From contig JAGGTS010000031.1 in the NCBI GenBank assembly GCA_021163625.1, forward strand, positions 1 through 29,057: a stretch of DNA of 29,057 bases, in the 5' to 3' direction. This document shows, piece after piece, positions 18,218 to 27,183 of the stretch (the first letter of the stretch is position 1; the number at the start of each line of letters is the position of its first letter). The translations under genes were made by a program, and so were the position numbers. The notes under the pieces were generated by a model, which searched no databases, had not been told where the DNA came from, and saw nothing but the letters and a program-made list of their open reading frames with translations. This DNA is from a bacterium (GTDB lineage: Bacteria > Patescibacteriota > Minisyncoccia > Minisyncoccales > CG1-02-41-26).

Positions 18218-18972
18218 TTACGGTAAAGACAGAAAAGGAAATAGAGATAATGAGAGAAGGCGGACAATTGCTGGCTGATATTTTAGAAGAGGTCAGCAAA
18301 AAGGTTGCCCCTGGCGTAACTACAAAAGAGCTTGATGCCCTTGCAGAAAATCTTATTTTAAGGAATAAAGCAAAACCAGCCTTTAAGGGTTATGGAGGCT
18401 TTCCGGCTACTTTATGCACTTCTGTAAACAATGTTGTTGTCCATGGAGTTCCATCAGACAGGCGGCTTGAAGAAGGCGATATTATATCATTGGACATTGG
18501 CCTCGTCTACAAAGGCTTTTTTGCTGATATGGCTAAAACAGTTGCTGTCGGTTCTGTTAATCCAGAAGCGATGCGCCTTATTAGGGTAACCAAGAAAGCC
18601 TTAAAGCTTGCGATTAAAAAGTCAAAACCCGGCAACACTTTTGGAGACATAGGCAATACTATTCAGCGTTATGTTGAATATCAGGGATTTGGCGTTGTCA
18701 GAGACCTTTGCGGGCACGGCATTGGCACAGAGCTTCATGAGGAGCCCGAAATTTTAAATTACGGAAAACGGCATTCTGGTCCGAAAATAAAAGAAGGAAT
18801 GGTTTTTTGCATAGAACCGATGGTTGCAATGGGAGATTGGCATATCAAAAAATCAGCCGACAAATTTGGCTATGAAACAAAAGATGGCTCTCTCTCGGCT
18901 CACTTTGAGCATATGGTAGCTGTTAAAAAAGACGGCCCTCATATTTTAAGCCTTCCAACGCTGACATCGTAG
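18214..18972 (+). CDS. map: Methionine aminopeptidase type I
   Basis: VVHGVP, GDIISLDIG, GHGIG, HEEP, EPMV, SAHFEH. Confidence 0.98.
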   Translation: MITVKTEKEIEIMREGGQLLADILEEVSKKVAPGVTTKELDALAENLILRNKAKPAFKGYGGFPATLCTSVNNVVVHGVPSDRRLEEGDIISLDIGLVYKGFFADMAKTVAVGSVNPEAMRLIRVTKKALKLAIKKSKPGNTFGDIGNTIQRYVEYQGFGVVRDLCGHGIGTELHEEPEILNYGKRHSGPKIKEGMVFCIEPMVAMGDWHIKKSADKFGYETKDGSLSAHFEHMVAVKKDGPHILSLPTLTS

Positions 18973-19046
18973 TTTTTCTGGTAATAACTAATAAAGAATT
19001 TTCTCCTATATTTTTTCATTCTGTTGTTTCTTAAAAAATAAAAATT

Positions 19047-19055
19047 TGTTATAAT
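19047..19055 (+). promoter_or_regulatory. Putative extended -10 promoter for GT2-galT-tpiA
   Basis: TGTTATAAT 55 nt upstream of the GT2 ATG. Confidence 0.4.
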
Positions 19056-19110
19056 TTATTAAATCTGCCCGTGAGCAAAAGGTTATTTTTGTCTTAACCT
19101 AAAAATAAAA

Positions 19111-19833
19111 ATGAAACTATCCGTAATTGTCCCAGCATATAATGAAGAAAAGCGTTTGCCATACACATTAAGGGAAATTGATAAATATTTGTCAAAACAG
19201 AATTATGATTACGAAATTATTGTTGCAAACGACGGCTCAACAGACAGGACAGCTTTGGTTGTTAAAGATATGGCCAGTGAAATAAAAGGCTTAAGGCTGA
19301 TTGACAACAGCGAGAACCATGGCAAGGGATATGTGGTTTATAAGGGCCTTTTAGAGGCAAAAGGGGATTTCCGGATTTTTACTGATTCTGACAATTCAAC
19401 TTCTATCGACCAGATTGAGAAAATGTGGCCCGAGTTTGATAATGGTTGTGATATAGTTATTGGCTCAAGAGACATAAAAGGGGCAAAGCTTGTTCCTCCC
19501 CAGCCTTGGTATAGGGAGATGCTTGGAAAGGTATTTTGCATTTTAGTAAAAATAATAGTGGGCTTAAAGCATATAAGTGACAGCCAATGCGGATTTAAGG
19601 CCTTTAAAAAAGAAGTGGTAGAGGAGATTGTTCCCAGATGCAAAATTGAAGGTTTTGGCTTTGACCCGGAAATATTAGTTCTTGCCCAAAAAATGCACTA
19701 TAAAATTAAGGAAATTCCAGTTGTCTGGAAAAACGATGCCCATAGCAAGGTGAGCGTAAAAAGCATGGCAGTTGCCGTTTTTGAGCTTCTAAAAATTAGG
19801 TGGAATTTAATAACAGGCAAATATGGGATATAA
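19111..19833 (+). CDS. Glycosyltransferase family 2 (polyprenol-phosphate glycosyltransferase-like)
   Basis: VIVPAYNEE, DGSTD, NHGKG, DSD (DxD), DSQCGFKAF. Confidence 0.92.
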   Translation: MKLSVIVPAYNEEKRLPYTLREIDKYLSKQNYDYEIIVANDGSTDRTALVVKDMASEIKGLRLIDNSENHGKGYVVYKGLLEAKGDFRIFTDSDNSTSIDQIEKMWPEFDNGCDIVIGSRDIKGAKLVPPQPWYREMLGKVFCILVKIIVGLKHISDSQCGFKAFKKEVVEEIVPRCKIEGFGFDPEILVLAQKMHYKIKEIPVVWKNDAHSKVSVKSMAVAVFELLKIRWNLITGKYGI

Positions 19834-20917
19834 AGCAAAAAGGAGAGACAATAAATTATTTCAGAAAAAAAGCTATTTTGGCGAAAGCAAGTTTCCGTCC
19901 GAACTGCGCTTGGATAGGGTGAGCGGCGATTGGGTTGTTATTGCAACTGGCCGGGCAAGGAGGCCGGAAACTTTTAAGAAAGAAAAACGCTATAAAGAAA
20001 AGATTTCGCCTTCTCTTTGCCCTTTTTGCAATATTGAAACCCAAGAAAAGCCTGTTCTTATTTTTTCAAATGGCAAAGAAATCCAGCTAAAACCCTCTGG
20101 CAAGGTTCCAAAGAATTGGACAACCATTGTTATCCCAAATAAATATCCGGCTGTTATCCCTTATCCAAATCTAAACGAAAGGACAGAAGGGCAGCTTTAC
20201 AAGAGGATGAATGCTGTTGGTTTTCACGAAGTAGTGGTTACCAAAAGCCATTATAAGCAAATTGCGCAATTTGATGTCCAAAGAATTAAAGAACTTATAG
20301 ATGTTTTCCAAAAAAGATATCTTTCTTTAATGAAAGAGAATTTTGTAAATTACATTTCTATTTTCCATAACCATGGCGCAGAAGCGGGAGCGTCAATTGC
20401 TCATCCCCATTCGCAAATAATAACCACCCCGTTGATTGATGTTGATTTGAAAAAAGCGCTTTTTAGGGCAAAAACTTATTACAAGAAAAACAAGAAGTGC
20501 ATTTATTGCCAGATGAACCAATGGGAGAAGAAATCAAATAAAAGGATTGTCTTTGAGAACAAAGACTTTTTGGCTGTTTGTCCATTTGCTTCAAAATCTG
20601 CCTTTCAGGTTATAATTTCTCCAAAAAAGCATCTTCCTTATTTTGAAAAGGCGACAGAAAGCGAAAAAATTGGTTTAGCCAAAGCTTTTAAAGCGGTTCT
20701 TGGTATGCTTTACAAGGCGCTTGGCGATCCTGCTTATAACTTTTACCTCCATACTGCTCCTTCTGATGGGAAGAAATACGATTATTATCATTGGCATTGG
20801 ACAATTGTGCCAAAGACATCTGTTTGGGCAGGCTTTGAGATAGGGACAAAAATGGAAATATCAACCATTGAACCAGAAAGAGCAGCTCTTTATTTGCGCA
20901 AGCAGAAGCTTAAATGA
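19823..20917 (+). CDS. galT: Galactose-1-phosphate uridylyltransferase (HIT-like)
   Basis: ELRLD..SGDWVVIA..RARRP, CPFC, PNKYP, GASIAHPHSQ. Confidence 0.9.
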   Translation: MGYKAKRRDNKLFQKKSYFGESKFPSELRLDRVSGDWVVIATGRARRPETFKKEKRYKEKISPSLCPFCNIETQEKPVLIFSNGKEIQLKPSGKVPKNWTTIVIPNKYPAVIPYPNLNERTEGQLYKRMNAVGFHEVVVTKSHYKQIAQFDVQRIKELIDVFQKRYLSLMKENFVNYISIFHNHGAEAGASIAHPHSQIITTPLIDVDLKKALFRAKTYYKKNKKCIYCQMNQWEKKSNKRIVFENKDFLAVCPFASKSAFQVIISPKKHLPYFEKATESEKIGLAKAFKAVLGMLYKALGDPAYNFYLHTAPSDGKKYDYYHWHWTIVPKTSVWAGFEIGTKMEISTIEPERAALYLRKQKLK

Positions 20918-20933
20918 ATTTTTATTATTTGCT

Positions 20934-21695
20934 ATGAAAAAAATTATTGTTGCGAATTGGAAAATGAACCCGCAAAAGCCAAAAGAGGCTGAGAGAATTT
21001 TTAATTATTTGCTGAAAAATCTGAAAACAAAAACAAAGGCTTTGGTTGTTGTTTGCCCGCCGTTTTTGTATATAGAAAAACTGCTTAATATAAAAAAGAA
21101 AAGCAGGAGTAAAGCCGTTAAGTTGGGCGCTCAAAATTGTTTCTGGGAAGAAAAGGGGGCATATACGGGAGAAGTTTCTCCAAATATGCTCAAAGCTTTT
21201 GGAATTGATTATGTAATTTTGGGCCATTCAGAAAGAAGATTTATTTTAGGCGAAAACAGCCAAACAATTTCAAGAAAAATAAAGCAGGCTATAAAAGCCG
21301 GCTTAACTCCAATTCTTTGTATCGGCGAGCCAAGAGAAGAGCGAAAAAAAGGAAAAGCTTTTCAGTTTTTAGAAAAAGAAATTAAATCATCGCTAAAAGG
21401 GATATCTTTGCAAGAAGCAAAAAAAGTGATTATAGCCTACGAGCCGATTTGGGCGATTGGCACGGGCAATTTTTGCCCAGCTGACGACGCTTTAACTGTT
21501 GCTTTATTTATTAAAAAAGTTGTTTCCAAAAGGTTTGGCGCCAAAACTGCTAAATCTCTTAAAGTCCTTTATGGCGGAAGCATTGACGCTAATAATGCAA
21601 AAAGTTACCTTAAACAAGAGGCAATTAGCGGATTACTCGTAGGCAGTAGCTCGCTTAAGCCAAAAGAGTTTTTAAAGATTATCAAAACAGCTTAA
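20934..21695 (+). CDS. tpiA: Triosephosphate isomerase (start at ATG 20934)
   Basis: ANWKMN, GHSERR, AYEPIWAIGTG, LYGGS. Confidence 0.98.
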   Translation: MKKIIVANWKMNPQKPKEAERIFNYLLKNLKTKTKALVVVCPPFLYIEKLLNIKKKSRSKAVKLGAQNCFWEEKGAYTGEVSPNMLKAFGIDYVILGHSERRFILGENSQTISRKIKQAIKAGLTPILCIGEPREERKKGKAFQFLEKEIKSSLKGISLQEAKKVIIAYEPIWAIGTGNFCPADDALTVALFIKKVVSKRFGAKTAKSLKVLYGGSIDANNAKSYLKQEAISGLLVGSSSLKPKEFLKIIKTA

Positions 21696-21935
21696 AAAAT
21701 TGTGCTCGCCAAGCAATATCTTGGGCTTGTGCTTACCCTTAAACCAAACTCTAAACTCTAATATCCAAATCCTAAACAAACCACAAATTCCAATGACCAA
21801 ATGTTTTTATTATTGGTCATTGGTCATTTTTTCGTCATTCGTCATTCGGGTTTCGTCATTTACAAACTATTTTGATTTGTGATTTGTAATTTAGAATTTG
21901 TTTAGAATTTAGAATTTAGGATTTAGGATTTCTAC

Positions 21936-21956
21936 CAACGAGTCCGGGTCTCGTTG
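21936..21956. repeat. CAACGAG-N7-CTCGTTG hairpin, copy without RT
   Basis: CAACGAG-TCCGGGT-CTCGTTG; same 21-mer at 27531-27551 (inverted) and 28807-28827. Confidence 0.95.
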
Positions 21957-21970
21957 ATAGACCTTCCCCC

Positions 21971-22050
21971 TGTCATTGCGAGGAACGAAGTGACGAAGCA
22001 ATCCCAGATTGCCGCGTCGTCCCGCTGAAAGCGGGGCTCCTCGCAAGGCA
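21971..22050. repeat. REP-like palindrome of TGTC/CGTC-ATTGCGAG type
   Basis: TGTCATTGCGAGGA...GAAGCAATC-CCA-GATTGC...CCCGCTGAAAGCGGG...TCCTCGCAAGGCA; inverted copy at 27437-27516. Confidence 0.8.
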
Positions 22051-22300
22051 GCGAAAAATGAAAAACTAAAAATGAAAAACTAAAATGCAAAATTAAAAGA
22101 GATTTTGAATTTTTAATCATTAATAATTTTCTTTGAAATAAAAGCCATGGCAGTTATTTCAAAGAAATTAAATTGGATGAAAAATCAAAAAAAGGGAAAT
22201 TTAGGATTTGTTTAGAATTTAGAATTTAGGATTTTTGTGCTTACCAAGGGTAAGCACAACTTTGTTTTGCGCAATTTTTTACGCCACATAAGGCCAAGCC

Positions 22301-22328
22301 TTGATTTTAGAAGGATAAATTTTATAAT
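22301..22328 (+). promoter_or_regulatory. Putative sigma70 promoter for ykuK-like/alaS cluster
   Basis: TTGATT-N16-TATAAT ending 5 nt before ATG 22334 (near-leaderless). Confidence 0.45.
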
Positions 22329-22333
22329 CAAAG

Positions 22334-22852
22334 ATGACCGATATAAAAAAACTTTCTTTTTACAACCCGAATTTGGGAGGAGTTAGTTTCAATGGAGTAG
22401 TAGAGCATGTTGTTGGCTACTTAAAAGAAGCGCCCGGGGAATTTTACGAGATTGTGGTTGGTTGCGATTCTTCTTCTGAAAAGGAGCCGGTTTTTCCAGT
22501 TGTTTTGGTTGTTTTGAGGGCAGGCAAAGGCGGAAGGTTTTTCATATCAAAAATTAGATTTAACCAGTCAAAGGAAAAAAAGTTTCATAATTTTCACCAA
22601 AGGATACTTCAAGAGGTTTTAATTTCCTGCGATGTCGCCTTAAATTTTAGAGAATCAATAGAAAAATCAGTTAAGAAGCTTAGCTTTCCTGTAAACTATA
22701 GGTTCCAATATATTCATGCAGATGTTGGCGCAGAAGGAAGGACAAAAGATATGATAAAAGAGGTAAGCGGATTGATTGAGAGCAACGGCTTTAAAGCAAA
22801 AATAAAGCCCGAATCATTTGCCGCTTCCATTGTCGCTGATAGGTTTACTTAA
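22334..22852 (+). CDS. RNase H-like YkuK/DUF458 family protein
   Basis: IVVGCDS, IHADVG, KIKPESFAASIVAD pattern recalled for this family. Confidence 0.8.
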   Translation: MTDIKKLSFYNPNLGGVSFNGVVEHVVGYLKEAPGEFYEIVVGCDSSSEKEPVFPVVLVVLRAGKGGRFFISKIRFNQSKEKKFHNFHQRILQEVLISCDVALNFRESIEKSVKKLSFPVNYRFQYIHADVGAEGRTKDMIKEVSGLIESNGFKAKIKPESFAASIVADRFT

Positions 22853-22872
22853 ATTGCCTTTGCTAAAAATAT

Positions 22873-24732
22873 ATGTTGCCTTCAGAAGAAATAAGAAAAA
22901 GTTTTTTGGATTTTTTCAAAGAAAAAGGGCATAAAATTGTTCCTTCTTCTTCCATTATTCCGGCAGACCCAACCTCTCTTTTTACTTCTGCGGGTATGCA
23001 ACAATTTGTTTTATACTTAAACGGGAGCAGAGATGTTTTAAGGGAGTTTGCGACAAGGCAGTTAGCTTCTTGCCAAAAGTGCGTCAGGACAGTTGACATA
23101 GAGGAAGTGGGCGATGATACTCACCATACTCTTTTTGAGATGCTTGGCAACTGGTCTATTGGCCAAGACCGAAATTCAGGTTATTTTAAAGAAAAAGCGA
23201 TTGAATATGCGCTTGAATTTTTTTGCGATAGATTAAAGTTTGATAAAAATAAACTGTGGATAACTTTTTTTAAAGGGGAAAAGGAAATACCCGCTGACAA
23301 GGAGGCTGTTCGTATATGGGAGAAAAACGGCATTCCAAAAGAAAGGATAAAAGGGTTTGGTTCCTCTGATAATTTTTGGGGGCCTGTTTCTGAAACAGGA
23401 CCCTGCGGCCCTTGTTCTGAAATACACTATGACAGGGGTGAGAAGTTTGGTTGCTCAAAACCCGGTTGCGGCCCAAATTGTCCCGATTGCAGCCGTTTTG
23501 TAGAGCTATGGAATCTTGTTTTTATGGAATACAATAAAGTTCACAGCAGCGCAAGTGGCAAGTTTTATTACGAGAAACTGCCTCAAAAAAGCATAGATAC
23601 AGGAATCGGTTTTGAGAGAATTGTCAGCATTATCCAAGAAAAAGACTCAGCTTATGAAACAGACCTTTTCTATCCATTGATAAAAATTATAGAAAAGATT
23701 TCGCAAAAGCCCTATGAAGACAACAAGAAAAATTTTAGGATATTAGCCGACCATCTAAGGGCAGTTTCTTTTATGATAGCCCAAGGCATTTTGCCAAACA
23801 ATTTAGGCAGGGGATATATATTAAGAAGGCTTTTAAGGAGAATTTACAGGACTGCGAATGTTTTAAGCCTTCCGTCTGGTTGGGAAAGAGAATGTATTGA
23901 TTGGATAGTTAAAAAATACAGCGGCGTTTACCCCGAGCTTTTGTCAGAAACAAATGATATTGTGATTGTCAGCAGCAAAGAATACGAAAAGTTTGGCAAG
24001 GCAATTAGGGAAGGAATGAAGTTCTTTGAAAAGTTGGTATCAGATAAATTAAAGAAAAAACTGCCAAAAGTTATTAAGGGCGAAGAAGCATTTTCCCTTT
24101 ATGAAACATACGGATTTCCTTTTGAATTTATCTTGCAATTAGCGGAGGAAAAAGGCTTTAAAGTGGACAAAGAAGGCTTTTTGAAGTGGTCTGGCAGGCA
24201 CCGTGAAATTTCCCGCAAGGGGGCAAAGAAAAAATTCGGAGGGCTTGGCATAGAAGAAATTACAAAAGAAGGCGATAGGATAAAAGTTACAAGGCTCCAT
24301 ACAGCGACGCATCTTCTTCAAGCAGCTTTGAGAAAAGTTTTAGGCAGCCAAGTTAAACAAATGGGTTCTGACATAAACCCCAAAAGGCTTCGTTTTGATT
24401 TTTCTTTCAGCAGGAAAATGACCCCCGAAGAAATTAAAAAAACTGAAGATTTGGTTAACAAAAAAATAAAACAGGCCCTAAAAGTAAAAGAGGAAAAAAT
24501 GCCCTTTAAAGAAGCAATAAATCAGGGGGCGCTTGCTTTCTTCAAGGAAAAGTATCCGGAAGTTGTAAGCGTTTATTCTATTTTTGACCAAAAGACAGGA
24601 GAAGTTTTTTCAAAAGAAGTTTGCGCTGGGCCCCATGCAAAAAGCACAAAGGAGCTTGGAAAATTCAAGATTATTAAAGAAGAGTCATCTTCGCGGGGCG
24701 TAAGGAGAATCCGCGCAGTTTTAGAACAATAA
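22873..24732 (+). CDS. alaS: Alanine--tRNA ligase, short form (619 aa)
   Basis: LFTSAGMQQF, QKCVR, HHTLFEMLGNWS, DTGIGFERI, editing HTATH and CAGPH. Confidence 0.97.
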   Translation: MLPSEEIRKSFLDFFKEKGHKIVPSSSIIPADPTSLFTSAGMQQFVLYLNGSRDVLREFATRQLASCQKCVRTVDIEEVGDDTHHTLFEMLGNWSIGQDRNSGYFKEKAIEYALEFFCDRLKFDKNKLWITFFKGEKEIPADKEAVRIWEKNGIPKERIKGFGSSDNFWGPVSETGPCGPCSEIHYDRGEKFGCSKPGCGPNCPDCSRFVELWNLVFMEYNKVHSSASGKFYYEKLPQKSIDTGIGFERIVSIIQEKDSAYETDLFYPLIKIIEKISQKPYEDNKKNFRILADHLRAVSFMIAQGILPNNLGRGYILRRLLRRIYRTANVLSLPSGWERECIDWIVKKYSGVYPELLSETNDIVIVSSKEYEKFGKAIREGMKFFEKLVSDKLKKKLPKVIKGEEAFSLYETYGFPFEFILQLAEEKGFKVDKEGFLKWSGRHREISRKGAKKKFGGLGIEEITKEGDRIKVTRLHTATHLLQAALRKVLGSQVKQMGSDINPKRLRFDFSFSRKMTPEEIKKTEDLVNKKIKQALKVKEEKMPFKEAINQGALAFFKEKYPEVVSVYSIFDQKTGEVFSKEVCAGPHAKSTKELGKFKIIKEESSSRGVRRIRAVLEQ

Positions 24733-24744
24733 AACTTAGCCAAA

Positions 24745-25917
24745 ATGAAATTTCCATTTGTTAAAAAAACAAAAGAAGAAAAGTTTTTAGCCTTGGATTT
24801 TAGCTACGAATATGTTTTTGCTGCGCTTTTTAGCAAGCGGAAAGGCGAAAAAGTAATAGAAAAGGTTGCTGTCCAGCCGATAGAGAAAATTGGCGTTTTT
24901 GAATACAGAGATTTTAATTTTGAGGTTGTAAAATCCGCTGTTGATAAAATTATCGCAAAATTTAAAATCAAAAAAAAGCTTCCAAAAATCAATGTAATTG
25001 CCAGTTTTCCTTCAGACGAACTTTTGCTTGAAACCGTTGATGTTTCCGTCAAAAGGGATAAGAGTGTTGAAAACGAAAAAATATCCGAGTCGCAGGCAAG
25101 CCAGATATACGAGCAGGTAAAACAAAAAGTAAGGGAAAAAGTTCTTGACAAGGCAAGGAGAATAAAAAGCGGATTTTATTCCGAAGATATAAGGATTATA
25201 AAAGAAAAGATATTGGAAGAAAAAATTTTAGGGTATAATGTTTCATCAATTGTGGGCTTTAGGGGAGGGAGTTTGAACTTTAAAGTTTTAGTTGTTTTCT
25301 GTTCTGCCTATCATTTTAATTTTATTGAAAAATTAAAAAATGCCCTTTTTATTAAAAAAATTGGAATTTACCACAAAGTTGAGGGCCTCTCTAATTTTGT
25401 AAAAGCTTATTCTGATTCGCCAGAAATTTTTATTGAAGTAGAGGAAAAGAACACTAATGTATTTTTGTTCAAAAAAAATTTGCAGTCTATTCTCTCTTTT
25501 AATCTCGGGACATTTGCCTTTTCAGACGCTCTTTCAAAGAATCTTAATCTTACAACAAAGGAAAGGCAGGAAATTGAACAAAGGTTTTTTTTGAAAGATT
25601 TAAGCGAAAGCAGTTTAGAAAGGATACGGGATATTATTTCTCTTCCCCTAAAAGAGTGGAGCGGAAAGCTTTCATCGTTGGTATTGAAAAATGCGCAAAG
25701 CTTTAATTTTTCCTGCAGGAAAATTTTTCTTTTTAGCGAACAAAATTATTTAGAAGAAGTCAAAAATTCCATTGAAAAGTCTGATTTGGTTTCAAAGCTG
25801 AGCCAGCTTGAAAAAATTTTTTACCTTTTGCCAAATGATTTGAAAATTAAAGTTAAGGGGAAAAACAATCTTGCGGCAAACTTTACGCCATTATTTTTGT
25901 TAGTTCTCGTTGTTTAA
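24745..25917 (+). CDS. FtsA/PilM-like actin-fold protein with degenerate ATP motifs
   Basis: FLALDFS at the phosphate-1 position, IFIEVEEKNT at phosphate-2, IFLFSE at the adenosine motif; length and synteny. Confidence 0.55.
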   Translation: MKFPFVKKTKEEKFLALDFSYEYVFAALFSKRKGEKVIEKVAVQPIEKIGVFEYRDFNFEVVKSAVDKIIAKFKIKKKLPKINVIASFPSDELLLETVDVSVKRDKSVENEKISESQASQIYEQVKQKVREKVLDKARRIKSGFYSEDIRIIKEKILEEKILGYNVSSIVGFRGGSLNFKVLVVFCSAYHFNFIEKLKNALFIKKIGIYHKVEGLSNFVKAYSDSPEIFIEVEEKNTNVFLFKKNLQSILSFNLGTFAFSDALSKNLNLTTKERQEIEQRFFLKDLSESSLERIRDIISLPLKEWSGKLSSLVLKNAQSFNFSCRKIFLFSEQNYLEEVKNSIEKSDLVSKLSQLEKIFYLLPNDLKIKVKGKNNLAANFTPLFLLVLVV

Positions 25918-25935
25918 TTTTAAAACCATAAAAAT

Positions 25936-27183
25936 ATGCAAGATAAAGTCATTGACATTTTGCCTCCCGAGGAAAGCAACCAGGAAAAGCGTTTAGAAAA
26001 GCACATTGAAATCAAAAAGAAAAAAGGGCATCGTTTTTTCGTTGTTATTTTGGTTTTATTGGCGCTTTCTTTTTCTGTTGTTTTCTTTTCTACCGCCTAT
26101 TCAAGCCTTAATATAAAACTTCAGATAGCCCAGAGGGAAGTTAGCATTCAAGACGAAATTGAAGCGGATGTCAGCCAGCTTTCAGTTGATTTTGACAAAA
26201 AGATAATACCAGCAAGGATTTTTAAATCAGAAAAAAAGGCGGTTAAAACATTCAAATCAACAGGCGAAAAAGAAGAACAGGGAAGGGCAGAGGGATTTAT
26301 CAGGATTTACAATAATAGCCGTTCCGGTTCGGTTGCCTTAAGGGCAAATACGCGGTTTCTTTCATCAAAAGGAGCAAAAATATTTACGATTCAAGACAAG
26401 GTAGTTATACCCCCCGCGCGCGTTGAAAACGGAAAAACAGTTGCCGGCTTTGTTGACGCGAAAGTTGTTGCCCAAAATCCGGGGCCTGATTACAACATAG
26501 GCCCGTCAAAGTTTTCTGTTCCGGGGTTAGTCGGCACTAATTATTATTATACTATTTGGGCAGAGTCAAAGAGCGATATGAAAGGCGGTTTTGCCAATAA
26601 AATTAGCATTGTTTCGCAAAATGATTTAGATAACGCAAAGAATAAACTGCAGGAAGAGTTAAGAGAAGAAGCAATCAGCCAGATAAAAAATGCGCTTGCC
26701 TCAAAATTTATTGTCCCAAAAGAAGCGTTTTCTGTTGATAATTTCCAATTTTCTTGCAACAAAGATGTCGGCGAACCAGCAGCAGAGTTTGAGTGCAGCG
26801 GCGACCTTTTAATGAAGGGAATAGGGTTTAAGCTTTCTGATATAAAAGACCTTGCTTCTTATCTTATCAAAAGCAATTATAAAAGTTTATCCGAAAAGCT
26901 TAGGGAAGAAACCGTTGTCCTTGATTATTATCCAAAAACTATTCTTCTAAAACAAGGAAAAGTTATTTTGTCTCTATCAGCAAAAGGCGACCTGTACAAA
27001 GCGATTGAAAAAGAAATACTTTTGTCGCAGATTATCGGCAAAGAAAGCAGCCAAATAGAAAGGGCTATTTTAAAAAGCTGTCCGCAGGCAGAGGGCGTAA
27101 AGCTTGAATTCCGGCCGTTCTGGGTTAAAAAGGCTCCAAAAAATCCCGAAAGAATTAAAATCCAGCCGGAATTTGCAGACTAA
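25936..27183 (+). CDS. Single-pass membrane protein with baseplate J/gp47-like domain
   Basis: TM helix at ~aa 34-54; GFIRIYN...LRANTRF...VIPPA...VVAQNPGPDYNIGP pattern. Confidence 0.65.
   Translation: MQDKVIDILPPEESNQEKRLEKHIEIKKKKGHRFFVVILVLLALSFSVVFFSTAYSSLNIKLQIAQREVSIQDEIEADVSQLSVDFDKKIIPARIFKSEKKAVKTFKSTGEKEEQGRAEGFIRIYNNSRSGSVALRANTRFLSSKGAKIFTIQDKVVIPPARVENGKTVAGFVDAKVVAQNPGPDYNIGPSKFSVPGLVGTNYYYTIWAESKSDMKGGFANKISIVSQNDLDNAKNKLQEELREEAISQIKNALASKFIVPKEAFSVDNFQFSCNKDVGEPAAEFECSGDLLMKGIGFKLSDIKDLASYLIKSNYKSLSEKLREETVVLDYYPKTILLKQGKVILSLSAKGDLYKAIEKEILLSQIIGKESSQIERAILKSCPQAEGVKLEFRPFWVKKAPKNPERIKIQPEFAD

Larger units (their letters stand above)
21701..22258. repeat. Palindrome-bounded composite element, copy B (no credible ORF)
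   Basis: Half-palindromes at 21701 and 21728, perfect TGTGCTTACC-AAG-GGTAAGCACA at 22236-22258; 21785-21931 is an inverted copy of ~135-283; 21931-22235 is an inverted copy of ~27231-27556. Confidence 0.9.

Noticed and set aside
5180-20933. Longer ORF-track starts for tuf (5180), rplD (7587), rpmC (11674) and tpiA (20868)
   Set aside because: Downstream ATGs match the family N-termini better; the extensions are non-homologous or overlap upstream genes.
21700-22120. ORFs 21700-21882 (+) and 21932-22120 (-)
   Set aside because: Translations of repeat and REP sequence with low complexity and no protein motifs.
22334-22852. YkuK-like RNase H fold as partner of the RT
   Set aside because: It lies outside the elements, ~4.8 kb from the RT, in an apparent operon with alaS; proximity alone is not evidence.
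25936-27183. Prophage or contractile injection system
   Set aside because: The baseplate-J-like gene has a TM anchor and no neighbouring tail, sheath, capsid or integrase genes.
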